A stretch of 54,919 nucleotides of DNA, the filler included, from Sphacelaria rigidula (Eukaryota): NCBI GenBank assembly GCA_964200075.2. It is 4 parts of 4 records of this genome, joined end to end, with 100 filler letters (N's around TTAATTAATTAA, not from the genome) between each part and the next. Parts side by side here need not be neighbours in the genome. Positions count along the whole stretch, not along the records: positions 1 to 13,659 come from CAXNAA020002740.1; positions 13,760 to 27,415 come from CAXNAA020002741.1; 2 more parts are not named here. One strand, 5' to 3'. Of the stretch, positions 12,091 through 25,194 are shown in pieces. The number at the start of each line of letters is the position of its first letter. Position 1 is the first letter of the stretch. The translations under genes and the position numbers were made by a program. The notes beneath the pieces are model-generated. The model was not told where the DNA came from. It saw only the letters and a program-made list of their open reading frames with translations, and did no database searches.

Positions 12091-13246
12091 CAGCCTAACA
12101 CTCCTTGCGGACCCTGCAGCACGTCTCGAAAGCGAATGCAGCAGCGCTTATAGAGGTTTTTGATAGCTTCCGGACTGATTATATATGTAATTGCTGCTTG
12201 TTGGCGTATGTGTACCGAGGTTTTTGGGTATTTGCGTATCTCTTCATCGTTCCAGTGTCAACAACGAGTCCCTCTCCACGACCCTGAGTATGGAGGCATC
12301 TTTCTTGTCTTGAAAAAGGCTGCCTTCACCTTCCGCCCCATGTTCAACATTTTTTCGGCAAACGCCACGAGTAGCGCCGGTGCTCGGGACCCGGCATAGT
12401 ACAGTAGTCCTGCAACATGCGATCAGCAGTCAGCCCTCGAGCACGACGGTCATGATGTGTACGTGTGCTGCCGAGTGGTCTTTCGCGCCAAGTCTTCAAT
12501 CGCCCATGTCCGAGGTTGGCCCTTGTTCTCAAACATTTAGTACTGGGCGCCTGAACGTTTTGTTCAGAACGGCTTTTCTCGCGACGACTCTTAGATAGAA
12601 CTCGAAAGTGCTAGCAACGGTAGATCTGGGTAAAATGAACAGATCCCCCGCCCCCCCGTCCCCCCTCAAGTGCCCAAGTTAGTGTTAGTTGGTTTTATCG
12701 GGTGATTCGAGTAGATACCCCGATTATTAGGAGGGTGCTATTGACCGTGAAGCACAATGTTTCGGCTCAAGTGGAATGATTAGGTGGAATAACTGAAAAA
12801 CAAAATGTAAATTTGTTCGCAAAAACGATCGGGACAGTGTCGATCGATCGAAACTATCCAACAGTCAGAATCTGAGCTGAAACGTCTCAGGACCCCCGAT
12901 GACCGATCAGCCCGTGAGTCACGCAATATTGAGTACAGATGATTCTTTTTTTTCGGAATGTGGATTAGATGCAAGTATCTTCAGATCTTTAATATGATGA
13001 GCGGTGGCAAGCGAAAAGGCCTGAGAGAATCGCCAACTACGAAGAAATTACTGAATGAACTGTTCAGGCGCCCAGAACTGTACATGTGTGTTTGACGGCG
13101 CACATCACCGTGAGGTCACAGCCACGGGGTCATGCGGGTATCGGCATCAGAGCCGCTCCAGATGGACATCGTCCTTCTCTTCAGCACACGTCGCTACGGT
13201 CGCCTGTTGCCGATCCCCCCCCCCCCCAGCCCCCCCATCACTAGCC

Positions 13247-13310
13247 ATGCTCCGTCTCGAAAGGGATGCGTGGTCAATGGTCAGACGACGAAGGCAAGCA
13301 ACACATGAGA
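13247..13310 (+). mobile_element. 5'-truncated 3' end of the poly(C)-tailed LINE family
   Basis: atgctccgtctcgaaagggatgcgtggtcaatggtcagacgacgaaggcaagcaacacatgagaac matches the reverse complement of 13841-13905. It is preceded by C-runs at about 13215-13237 but has no C tail of its own. Confidence 0.7.
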
Positions 13311-13659
13311 ACACTAACCTGTCCGGCGAGAACCCGGTGTGCTTCGTCCCGGCTTTGTAGGGGCGGACTCCCGATGGGGTTGGCATCGGTTGGCGATGGT
13401 GCTGTAAAACACGCCACTCACTGCGTAAGTTAGGCAACCAGGTCACCGATTTTTTCGCGCGCTATTTTTTTGCTTTGCGGTAAGCATGATGGTGGTCGAG
13501 CTAGATCATGTTGTGCGGCGTGGGAGCACCTCAACTCCGCACAATGGAGATGATCGTACTGCGTGGTGTTGAAATGGTGAGACACCCAGGAGGCAGTGTA
13601 TAAGCCGTGACCGTCTCTGGAAGTGGCGATACCAGAACATAAAGCAACTCATTGTAGGC

Positions 13660-13759
13660 NNNNNNNNNNNNNNNNNNNNNNNNNNNNNNNNNNNNNNNNN
13701 NNNTTAATTAATTAANNNNNNNNNNNNNNNNNNNNNNNNNNNNNNNNNNNNNNNNNNNN
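13660..13759. other. Artificial contig spacer N44-TTAATTAATTAA-N44
   Basis: 100-bp spacer whose core gives stops in all six frames. Identical copies at 27416 and 41170. Confidence 0.97.
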
Positions 13760-13827
13760 ATCTTGCATTTGGATGACAGCCTACAATGAGTCGCTTTATT
13801 TTCTGGTATCGCCACTTCCTGAGGGAA

Positions 13828-14085
13828 GGGGGGGGGGGGGTTCTCACTTGTCGCTTGCTTCAGTCGTTTGACTATTGACCACGCATCCCTTTTGAGACGG
13901 AGCACCGTTCCTACTCCTAATAGACACACCTCCAACATTTGGGTGCTCATTGCGTTTCTTCCACACGCTACACAAAAACCTTTTACATATCGTATCCCCG
14001 TCCTGTTTCGCCGTCTGTGGCCACCATCTATCTCCTAGTATAACCATAGTTTTCTCGCTACTGTCTAATGTCTCAAAGCATGTAC
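13828..14085 (-). mobile_element. LINE (non-LTR retrotransposon) 3' end: C-terminus of ORF2 followed by a C13 tail
   Basis: Open frame CFETLDSSEKTMVILGDRWWPQTAKQDGDTICKRFLCSVWKKRNEHPN...SQTTEASDK*, with the LxxxWxxR motif typical of LINE ORF2 ends. The TGA at 13846-13844 is followed by gaa and 13 C. Confidence 0.7.
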
Positions 14086-14241
14086 CGGGGGGGGGAAGCA
14101 GGTCAATCCCTCGAGACGACCAACTCGTCCTGTGGAAGCACGCCACTCCCTTCATGTGCCTAACCCCTCTACATATAATCTGGCTCATACCCCGCAGTCC
14201 GTGCCCCCGCCATGACACGCTTGTACCGCCCGTGTATGCAG

Positions 14242-17200
14242 GAGGGTTTGAAGGTCGACGTAGAGGCGTTGCGGGAGAGGATGGAGGAAATGTGCGGCAG
14301 GGCTAGAGAAGCGCAAAGGGCCGCGGACGAAAACAGGGAGAAGGCGCGAAGGTCAGGATGGGGAGTGGGGTGTGGGGGAGTCGTCCATCCCGTTCATCAA
14401 AGCTCGGTGTTATTCCTGGCTGCAGCGGATGATACAAATAAATTTTCACTGGACTCTAGTGCAGCGCTGGAAATTGTTGGCAACAGTTCACGGAAATGCC
14501 GAGCGCACGCGCCCGATACATTTTGTCCAACGGCACGAAAAAGCTTTGGGGTGCGTCGAAGTCATTCTCGGAGTGCGATGCCCACAAAAGTGGATCCCAA
14601 TGCCTTGTGTGCATGCACTACGGAGCGTTTTCGGTACCTGCTATTTTCCCCGCATCTCCGCTTCCACCAAGAAAGAAAGTCCTTGGTTGCTGAGTCTTTG
14701 TTGGTCCAACACTGCGTCGGTCAGCGCGGAAAGATCAACCCATTTTCGTGGATTTTGACCGGTAGATCGTTGAACCCAAGTGCTAGCATTTTGCGTTATT
14801 CGCTTACTTGGTTCGGAACTTGGTTTGGGATCACGTGTCTCCAGCGGAATGGGGCAGAGGCACTGGTTGGCACAATATGTCCGCCCAGAAATGTTGTACA
14901 CTGATTATACGACTTGTATGACTGTGTGTGTCCAATCCGCCATGGAGCGTCGATATCGCTGTTGTCCGAGTGGGTCGATAACCGGTGAGTCGCCAGTCTG
15001 GCCTCTCAATAGGTCGTTGTTGGCCAATGCAGTCCGGTTTGTGTCTGTCTAACAGGTTTGATGAAGTTGAGGCCCTACATAGAACCACAACTTTGGAGCT
15101 AGATGCCGCGCGAGCGCTGTCCAAGAACCAGGCGGAGGCTCTCGTCGAAATGGCAGAGGTCGAGAAGATCGCGACTCGAAACTCTCAGGTGATATGCTGC
15201 GCTTTGTCATGTCCCCCTGGCCGTGTAATACTGAGAAACGCGCGAGGCGTACATGCTATGCTTGGCCAGAAAGCGACCGTGCTCCGGAGCACTGCGGCAG
15301 CTTGGGTGGACCAGCTAACCACGTGTGCTTTCGTCTGAGTTTTTTGTATCAAATAGCCACTAGTCTCTACGAGCCAATCGTCCGTGGGGTGTTGCGAGAG
15401 CCTGGAGCGGTCAGCGCGAGCACTGAAAATCAGAGGATCCTGAAAAATGGGTTTGAATTGTCAAATGGGGCTGAACCCACCTTCCGGAAATTTATGTTTT
15501 TCCCCGGAAGCGTTTCGCAAAACCGACCGACTGAGGGTTTTGTTTGTCTGTTCAAACTACTCTCCGAGCTTGCCTTGTCGCACATCGTTGCTCCGGTGTC
15601 TGAAGCCGTATGCATCTCCTTTCGTACATTCGAAACGGCTCTCACCAGGCGAGGGAAACCGCTTTCATCAGGTTCTCTCATCTTTGAAGAACGTGACGCC
15701 GGAGTTTTAGTGGAGCCCTACAAAAACTCGCAAACGGCAGAGATTTTCCCAACTATGATTTTTTTTCTTACACCTTAAAGACGTATCCGGCAGCGGAATT
15801 TCTGTTCCGAGATACCAACAGCGGTATTTTACTTCTCATAAAAGTACTCCCTCGTTTCTCAAATCTAGAGGCGTTTGAAAAATACGGGAAAGTTTTTTTC
15901 ATCACAACCGAAGGAAGCCGACGAAAGCATTCTCGTCTTGGACTACCTGGTGAGAGTTGTTTCGAATGTACAAAAGGAGATACACAGACGATGGCTTTAG
16001 ACACCGGAGCAACAATGCGCGACAAAGCAAGCTAGCGGAAGTTTAAACAAACAACCAAACGCCTCAGTTGGTTATTTTCGCAAAACTGTTCGGGGGAAAA
16101 TGTGACTTTTTGGAGAGTGGGTTCAACCCTATTTGACATTTCAATCCCATTTTCCAGGGTCTTCCGTCAAGTAATCGTTTTTTGGCTCAGCGCCTCTGAC
16201 CTCAGCAAGTGGCAAAAATATCCCCCCAGCCACATCCGATCGTCCGAGATCGGAATACGCCCGGTTGTGTGAGACGGCTTGAACTACCGTACGATGGCAC
16301 CGCTGAAGCTTCTCTACCCGATGTTGCCCTTGGCGTGCGGCAGGAAGCCACACAAAGGGTCGCGATGCTAGAGATGGACAAGACCTACTTACAGCGGGAG
16401 GTGGGTCGAGAGAACTGATGCTATTATACTGTGAACCACAAACTTATGAAGAAGTTGTTTCGTCCTGTACAGACACTCGCAGGTATTACTCATTCCTGTG
16501 GGTATTCCCACCATCATCTCCATGCAATCCTATTATTCGAGCCTCTTTGCTATTTTGACAACCGATCATCGAAATTGAGGATGTAGTTTTTCATTGAGGA
16601 TGAGAACCTGGAGGATGAGGATTAAAATCTTCGTATCCACGCCAAATCTTCGAAATATGGTTCCATTCCTTCACTTACTAGTAGCTATTGACAACTGCTA
16701 CACGCCCTACAAAATTGGATTTCGACATCCGAAATGTTGGGGTTTTAGTTAAAACAACAATTTTGGGGAACTTAGATGATCCGATCGGATCGCCGAAACC
16801 TCAATCAATGATGGCTGTTCCATCAACCTGGATTACATTGCGAGCATCCGATATACCCAGCTGTGCATACTTTAGTATATCTCTCACCTCAGCATCTGAT
16901 TTTGGCTCACCTGCTGTCCAAAGTACCCAGCTTCTGTGGCGTGTGCAAGGAATCACCAGCAGAAACTATATCGAGCAATGCTACGGTAGCGGTGCACTTT
17001 TTGCGCGAAATCTTGTCTGGTTCAGGGGCTCCTGACGGTTCTAGGTGCACAAGAATATGGGTCAGGACATCCCCCTTTGCAAATCCATTCGGGATATCCC
17101 CAGCACATTGAAATAGTAATCCGGGCGTACTCTCACATATTTTCATCAGTCGTGTTTTGGGTGAGATAAAGGGCTCCTAACAATTCTAACCTTCGAGAAT

Positions 17201-20200
17201 ATTTTTGCACCCCTGCCGTAGCATCACTCTATCGACGACGAGAATACCGTGATTACAATCCAGCCTCCTCATTATCGCCCTTCCTTCGAGCTCATCTACC
17301 TCGTTCCCACACTTCGGATAATATTCCGCACCCTCTCTCAGGGTCTATTTTGAATTTCAATAGTCGATCAACCGCCCGCCTTACCCACTAAGACAAGAAA
17401 TAACAACCACATATCAAGAGTTTATTTTTATGTATCTTTTCCGCCAACATCAGATATGTTTTGTTTCTAGAGCGTATTCCCCGGCGGTAGCTGCCGCTTC
17501 CTTGTCCCTCTCCCACCCTATACGCTCCTAAACTGGCTGGGTTCTCACACTCTGTGGAAGCACGGCATCAATCCGTGTTTCCACCATAAGTAAGTGCGTT
17601 TTTCGGTAACCAACGCTATTTGATATACAATCCGCCAGTTGTCCGAGGCGCAATCGAAAGGAGATCGATTGGGACGAGAGGCGGACGCCGCTTCCGACCG
17701 CCTGAGAGAACTGGAGCGCGCCCGGGACAATTTCGCGGCAGAATTAGCGACGGTTCGAGAGCGATCGCGCACGGAGCACGAGGAAAGACTGGAGGCAGAA
17801 ATCGGGCGTATAAGGGAACAGAGCGCGCGGGAACTAGGGGAAATTAGGAATAATGGGCGGGAGGTTATTGAAAGGGAAAACAAGACCCTGAGGGAGGCCC
17901 GTTCGGACGCTCTGCAGGTGAGTGAGTATTTTGGCGTGGAGTGATAGAGTCGCAGGGTCGTGAACCAGATACGATCTTCCGTCGTCGGCAGATTTGTGTG
18001 GTATGCTGTGCATAGGGAGAGCATGTGCTTATCACTTTTTCATTTCACGAGGCGCCTCGTGGTGAACCTGTGTGGCAAAGCATGTACAGGTTGATGCGTC
18101 TTCGCCTCTATCCCACAAGTCTCATAGCAGCAACAATTCAGATGACACGGATCTTTAGACTTGCGGCGCGCATACACACATCATCGTGTCTTTGAGCCAT
18201 GTTTGAAAGTAGTCGGACCTCGAGGACGCGTCTGTCTGCTACACGCAAGTCTCGGCACACGAGTTCTCGGGGAAAGTCACGACGCGCGAAAAATTGCGTG
18301 GGATATCATCCTCGATCCAAATCCGCTCGTCGTGTCTATTACTATTTTTTTTAGCAGGAGTGTACCAGGGTACGGAGTGAGCTGACTGAGCTTCAGCGAG
18401 CACACGAGGATCTCGTCATGAGCATGGCCAAGGTAAGTGAGGGCTTATTTCGCTACATTTTTCATTGCGTAGATTTCGTGTGATGACACATATTATTACG
18501 AATGTTATACTCCGGAGAAGACGTCAAATAGTTTTGTTGCCACAATTGCGGCGCCTGCTGCATATACTCTATTCAAGGGCAGGAGACCAGGCGTTGTGGC
18601 ACGCGCACCATTCGTATGGCCGAAAAAAAGGAACGCTCGATATTTCACAAACACAAAACCCTTTACAGTTAGTTGTGATGGCCCGGCGCATTGTGGTCCT
18701 ACTTACTCTCCGCGCTGTGTCCTTGCAAAATAGTGCGGTAACGGTTAGCCTCTAGCCCATCTCGCCTTTCGTTCGCAAAAACTACAGTCCGACGCAGCCC
18801 ACGAGACTGCCCTGGGAGAGCTCCGAAGCGAACTGAGGCTTAAGGGGTTCGAGCTGAGTCAGTTGGGCGTTGCGCATGCCGACAAGTGCTCGGTGTATCG
18901 GCAGGTGACAATAGTGATGACGCTTGTAGAAGCCACATTGTAAATGAAACCGCATGAAATCCAGCAACGTGCCAGATTTTTTATTTCTCTGTTTTGCTTT
19001 GGAAGCAGTAGTTGGCGAGTGGTGTCGCCGCAGCCTCGTCGAGTTTTCAAACCGCTCAAGTATATGTATACGTAGGCCCGATATTGCAGCAAAGGTGAAT
19101 ATTGCCATGAACACGCTTTGTCACCAGGCGGAATTGGAGATAGATATGCTTCGAGAGCAGATCGACGTGCACCGCGGGGAGTTCAGCGCATTGGAGGCAT
19201 GTACAAGTAGGGAAACATCGGGGCTTCAGCTCTTGCTTGCGACCGAGCGCGATAAGGTACGCCGGTCAGCGAGCTGTACCTCCGATAGACAAAGGTCCGA
19301 GCACACACGCCAGGCCACTAACGTGCGATTAGCACCAGGATCAGCCGAAACTTCTACACACTTTTTTGTAGTGACAACTGATTCCTGAACGCGCGACGAG
19401 AGCAGATGTTCTGGTCGCGAGTCGACACCCAAGTCTTGCTTGCCATGTGTCATCTGACGTGACTACTAGCTGTATCTTAGGACACACCTTCGAACGTTCC
19501 TCGCGCTCATGCACAAGCCCCGGGAAAGGTCTTACCCGTATTTTACTCCCCCTCTCTCCCGCCCTCGTCATCGCGTGCAAAACACGCACACACACACACT
19601 ACACAAAACACCGCACTTTGAAAAACGAAAAAGGTTCGAGCATACGAAGACCTGGAACTAGAAGTTGACGGTGCCGTCATGCGGACGGGCCGCGAACTCC
19701 TCTCGGCAGAAAATGAGCTGGACCAGCACACAACCACCGCCACCGCCACCACCGACAACAACAATAACAACGATGATGATGATGGCAACGGTGGCGACAA
19801 CGGCGACAGCTCAGGCGATCCAGGCCCTTCCACGGTACACCCCGCCACCGCTGCTGTGGCCACGGGTGAAACGTTCGGAGCGGTCGCGGCGACTGGAGAA
19901 GCAGCAACGAGAGGGATTATCTCTGGCTCGGGAGGCTGTTTGTCCGTTGGCGAATCCGCCTTAGCTATCCCCGTGGCTCCACACCGCCGACTACGCCAGT
20001 CAGTATTGCTGGCACAGAAGTTGTTGAGAAAGGAAGGAGAGTTGGAAACGGCCAGGAAGGAGTTGGTCGATATTGAGCAGAGGTGAGGTGTGGGAACACG
20101 GGAGAGGGCGGGGGGAGCAAGGGGGAGGGGGAGAGTTCCGCGCCGGGGGGAGGGGCGCGTGTTTTCGGCTTGGTCTGGCTTGACCATCATTCGTTTTTGT

Positions 20201-20899
20201 TTTGAATTGGCGTACGCAGTGATGAGGGCATTGCGGGGGTGGGAGCGGGGGCTGTCAAAGTTATGCTGTGGTGTGTTGGGGTTATTGGGAATTTTTCTAG
20301 TCGCCTTTTCCAGCGTGAATTTTGGCAAAACAAGCGGGAAGAGCACGTGCGTTTGTCACGTAGAGTGGTATAGCGCACAAGACTCGGGGACTTCATATCA
20401 GAATAAATATACGAATGTAGCTTCCTCTGCTGCGCGGTGCAAGGGTAACAAGGTGCGCGCGGTCTATTTTGTACTTCTCCCTCAAGTTCCGAGCGGAAGC
20501 TCCACCACCGACCCGTAGCGAGAGTACCTTGAACAAACAACAAATGCAGAAATGCTCTCACCTAAAGCCATGGCAGGGGCCTCTCGTACTTTCTCCCGCG
20601 GATAGGTGCTAGTTTTCCGACTGGCGGATGTCAGTTAATTCACCTAGCTTTCTCCTGTTTTTTTATTCGTTTTCCGTCAGCGACTGCTCGAAGTATTTTC
20701 GTTGCGTACGTACATCTTGTGGTCACGGCTGGATTGGTAGCAGAAATCTCAAGGGATGGCTCGTCAATGTGCTAGAACCAAATCACTCAAGTCTCACAGG
20801 ATGGGTCAACACCTCCCTCCTCCTCTTGGCCCTTCTTTTGCACCGCCTCCGTACTTGTGCTGCGGCAATCCTTTGACCGTCTGAAGGGTTAGTTGTTGC

Positions 20900-20931
<32 letters not shown>

Positions 20932-23729
20932 TTGTTGTTAGACGGCGATAATCTCTTCTTCTCGTTGCCCTCCTTTGATTTCAACAGAGCACATCACGCG
21001 ATCGTTTGCCATATCTCACTCACAGGTGAAGGTGATGAAACACGACGATGCTTCTCATCCGTTGTCATCGAAATTGTTTCGAGGAGTGTGAGAGAGAGGA
21101 AGTACAGACACCGCTATCACTGACAACCGCTACTCGTTGCTGTTCTGTCGACATCCCTACATCGTACACAATTCACCGCCCCCCTTAGGTCGAAGATATT
21201 GGAGGCTCGGGCGACCCGCGCAGAGGGTTTGTTGTCAACCGTCGAGCAGCCGACCAAGTACATGGTAGATTCGATCCGTGACAAGGAGGGGGAAATAGAA
21301 AGTCTCAAGTCTACGCAAGGGATGCTGGTGGCGAAAGTTCAAGTGCTCGAGAAAGCATGCAGGTACTGTCTGTCATCGAAATAAAACAGAAAATAAGAGA
21401 ATCTCCTTGAAATTCAATGTTGAACATAAGAATGAAGTTCAACTCCAAAACAGTGCTTTCTCTGACCTAAAGTCGTGAGAAACTATTTTCGTTTTGAATG
21501 GTCTCATACCCCCCGACCTCTCCGAGAATGGTCCTGGGAGTTTCTTGTCTTCCGTTCCCCCAAATAGCATGTGCGAAAGCATCATTTTCGGGCTAAAAAC
21601 GGCTCTTTTTTCTTCACCCCGAAATCGGGGCAAAAACGTGCTTTCGCACATACCCTTTAGGGAACGGGAGACAGGGAATTCCCAGAAACAGTTTCAGGGG
21701 CGTTTGGAGACATGAGGTCGTGCATATGAAAGCCATTTGTGATGGCTTTAGGTTAGGGAAAGCCCTGTTCTTGAGTTGAACCTCGTGTCAATATTGAAAC
21801 TCATTTTCGAGGAGACTTTCTTGAATGAACGACGAGTGGTTCGACTTCCCTCATCATAATAATGGAACACCCTGCAGTGATCGACCGTGGGGTTCTCTTT
21901 CGATTCGCGTCGGCGTGATATTACTTGAGTCGTCGGGGTGGTTCCAAAAAGAGTGGTGTACGTGGATTTCCCTGGGGAAAATATCTAGATGAGGATCGCA
22001 CGTTTGGCGGTAATTTCTGGTCTTGTTCCACCGAATGAATTAATGGATGTATTCTACTTGCGGTGCTCTCTCAGCAGCCAGATGCCATTTTTCACCCATG
22101 AATGTCTTGGTCGGCCGAGGAGAGAGATCATGATATCGTGTCTACATGTATATTGCTCAGCGAGATAGGTAGATACTGCATGTCCCGTGGTGCAGTCCTC
22201 CTTGCGGTATTGACGAATTTTGGCGCCGGGGTGCGGAGGATGAGTAGAAAATTTCGTCCGCACCGGTGATCGCTGCCAGGGGGCGAGACCGAGTACAGAA
22301 AACCCGAAAATCTGCCTGTACGCGGAATCCTTCATCGTGCCCTTGTCTGACCGGAGCCTGCAGCAGCGGAGTAATCACCTTTTTGATGCGCTTCTCCACA
22401 CGCGCCTTAGCCCTCCGTTTCAAGTGCGGCTTCACGCCCAGCGTTCGGATGGCAGCGCGAGCGCGTTGTTGGGAGACAAGATCAAGACCCAGAATGCAGT
22501 GCCGTGATAGCTGTGTTCTACTCCTTTCTACGTGTCACAAGAAAGTGCTCAAGTTTAGTTTCGAATATAATAACTTTACACCTGTGCTGCTGTTCGTTTT
22601 CAAAGAACGCAGTGAGTAACGCTATGGTACGAAAATGGCTCATGTCTTGTTGTCCACAGGGAAACCGGAGAAGAGAAAGCTTGCCTAGAACAGGAATTGT
22701 CGGCGGCTAAAAATACTCATAGAGTCGATACCGAAGCGCGCAGCAGCAATGACGGGGATACAGGAGCTGGTGGCACGCCGACAGAGGTAGGATTTGTGTG
22801 TGTGTGTGTGTGTGTGGCCAGCTTGAGATATAAGAAAGAGGGGAAGAGGAGACACAGTTTGCTGGTGTTGAAGAGTAATTTCTGACGTGCTTGCAATATA
22901 ACGAAGGAAATTTGGGAGACGTTGTGACGCTTATATTAACCCAAAGCACCAATTAAGGGGCACGTGGGCACTGTATAGGGGAGAGATATTGATGCGATAT
23001 TTTCCCTTCCACGGGAAAAAAATGTGTAGGGAGGCCTCCTCCCGCGATGTAGTGGGATTCTGCTCCCAGACGATCACTGTCTAACGAGTGCCCGAGGCAA
23101 CGAAGTCGATGAAAAATTGCTGTGTTGCCCACCACCCTGTGGGGCTGACGGTGCTGTAACTCGGCTGTGTACCAAGTCGCGGTGTGCAAAGGAGAACACG
23201 CCCCGTCACTGGCGAAGAAGTTGCTGACAGAGCAGGGTCCACACGCTACGAGTTTGCCGAAAGCCGTGCGAGGTGTAAGGACGGTTATTGACGGGCTTTA
23301 TTTTTCATCCATTTCCATCAGTTTCCATCCATTTTGTAATGAAATCTGGATGAAAATGAGTTAAAATTGATGGAAAGTATGAAAAACAAAACCCCTTCAT
23401 AAGGGCCCTAAATGAAAGAAAAACAGCGCTTCGGAGGTGCAACTTGCGGAAGACTGTGCGAGCTTCCGAGGCCGGCTTGGTGCTGAGCGTAGTCACAGTT
23501 CTTTCTATGCGTTGGGTGCCACGGTGATTGATGCTCACGTGTGCTATGCATTTATTTCGTGTTCTCTTGCACTTAGGTACCGCTCGGGTTTCCACACTCT
23601 GACGAAGCCGTGTTAGCTTCCCGTGATCTGTCCGAAAAGCTCACCATGCACGGAGGAGGAAGGATGACGCAAGGAGGACCTCGCTGGTATTCTTACCGGC
23701 AACCCAAGCTTATCAGAGTACCGGTGTAG
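14242..23729 (+). CDS. PIBF1: Progesterone-induced-blocking factor 1 / CEP90 centriolar coiled-coil protein, 3' portion (11 exons; 5' end off contig)
   Basis: Phase-consistent GT-AG exons: 14242-14351, 15056-15188, 16344-16400, 17639-17917, 18358-18432, 18788-18904, 19128-19256, 19634-20082, 21189-21362, 22660-22786, 23640-23729 (TAG). Diagnostic PIBF1-like motifs in order: MLEMDKTYL, ERENKTLREAR, ELRLKGFE, YEDLELEVD, IPVAPHRRLRQSVLLAQKLL, LLSTVEQPTKYMVDSIRDKEGEI and C-terminal PRW. The last two exons are the least certain. Confidence 0.88.
15432..16165. mobile_element. Foldback/MITE-like element with about 220-bp inverted arms (PIBF1 intron)
   Basis: 15432-15650 (...ttgccttgtcgcacatcgttgctccggtgtctgaagcc...cattcgaaacggctctcaccagg) is the degenerate reverse complement of 15946-16165 (cctggtgagagttgtttcgaatg...ggctttagacaccggagcaacaatgcgcgacaaagcaa...). 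Confidence 0.75.
20891..20939 (+). repeat. (GTT)n microsatellite
   Basis: About 15 near-perfect GTT units in a PIBF1 intron. Confidence 0.9.
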
Positions 23730-24331
23730 AAGAATACTTGTACGTCGACCAGAAAACTACGATACTCCTCTATCAAACACTACGTTGCGGTCTACCAGTG
23801 TACGATACTTCGCAGATTGATTCGCGCTCGATCATCGTACTGGACATCAACTGCGGCATACCTCCGGGTTAGCTGGCGACTAGGCGGGTGATCCTTGGCG
23901 CATTTCGATGTAGATTTTGTAGCATGTCATTATCCACATTTTGTAGATGTGTTTATGCGTGTGTACAGTGCAGTGAGGCACTTGAAGCTAACGCGCCGGT
24001 TCGTACGTCCCTGTCGTGGTCGAGCAGCACATGTCACGCTTTTCTCGTCGCAAACAACAGCGCTTCACCCGTCAGGATGCCGTTCCGGTTGGGCGACGTG
24101 AAACTTTCCTTTTATCTGTTCAAAGTGTGGGTTGGACGTGACGAAGTGCCTGACGTATTTTCAGTGTGCACGTTGTGGAGCGGTAAGACGCCTACTGGCT
24201 GCTTTTGGCACCATTCCATGCACGCCCTCGACAGTGTCACCGCTGTGTTTCCCCACTTACTTTGTTGTTAGCCTGGACTGTGAACGTTCCGTCAATGCGT
24301 ACTGTACCGTGCTCTGTAACCATTTTCCTGC

Positions 24332-24379
24332 TTTCTTGTAGTGCTTTCTTGTAGTGCTTTCTTGTAGTGTAGTGTAGTG
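24332..24379 (+). repeat. Short tandem repeat, (ctttcttgtagtg)-like x3 plus (tagtg)n
   Basis: ctttcttgtagtgctttcttgtagtgctttcttgtagtgtagtgtagtg seen directly. Confidence 0.8.
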
Positions 24380-25194
24380 AACAAAAAGTAATGGGGACGA
24401 TTCCCGAAAGATCCACGAGAGGACGAGCCAGTGGGCGGTCAAACGAAGGTCGGTCTGCTGTAGGCATTGGATTGTGGTGCTTGTGGGGATCATTACCGCT
24501 CGAAGTTGTTCCTTCATCACAGTAGATCATAGGTATACTCATGTTATCATAATATATGAACTAGAATGGACCGTTCATTGGGTCACAGTCGAAGGCTTAT
24601 TATATCACTAAGCTCGGGCGGATTTTTAGTGCATTTGGTGACTTTTTCGTGTGAGCCGTTGGCGTTTGAAGGTGGTTGTGGCACGCGTTGGTCAGATCCG
24701 GAACCTGATAAGGCAAGTTAGACCCTCGCGTAGGGGAGGGGCTCGCCCACCCTCTCTCGTCACCGCGAGTGGCTCCGTATTTCTAGCAATTTATCGTGTC
24801 GGTGTGTGTTGCATCGTTTTCGGACCGAGCAGTTTGATGTCAGTATCCGTATGGCCTTGCTTGAGTGGTTATCCAGTGTATGACATACCTATTTGTCTTC
24901 GTTGGGGAATATGGCATTGACGTGGTGGCCCGAATATAAAGCTAATCTCCTTGTCAGCTTTTGCGCAGCATTTGTCTTTGTCGCACTTTGAACCCCTCCC
25001 CTTTGTCGGGATGGGTCCGTGGTTTCATGGGATCAACCCATCTCTCCCCCGGCACGCGCCTTGCATTTTGGTCTCGCGGATTGGGTTATGACTATCAGCA
25101 CTCCTTCACCGCGTCAACGCTCGTCACACAAACTCAGTCGACTACTTTGTTCACTCACGTTCTCACGCTTTCCGCGGTGGAAATCAGATGTCAC

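Noticed and set aside
13704-13715. TTAATTAATTAA as a biological motif (e.g. piggyBac TTAA site)
   Set aside because: It is embedded in fixed N44 blocks three times and is a six-frame-stop linker.
10905-14241. Divergent promoter shared by GTF3C1 and PIBF1
   Set aside because: An artificial spacer separates the genes, and both lack their 5' exons.
20893-21123. Secreted peptide with a poly-Leu signal
   Set aside because: The poly-Leu run is the translation of an intronic (GTT)n microsatellite.
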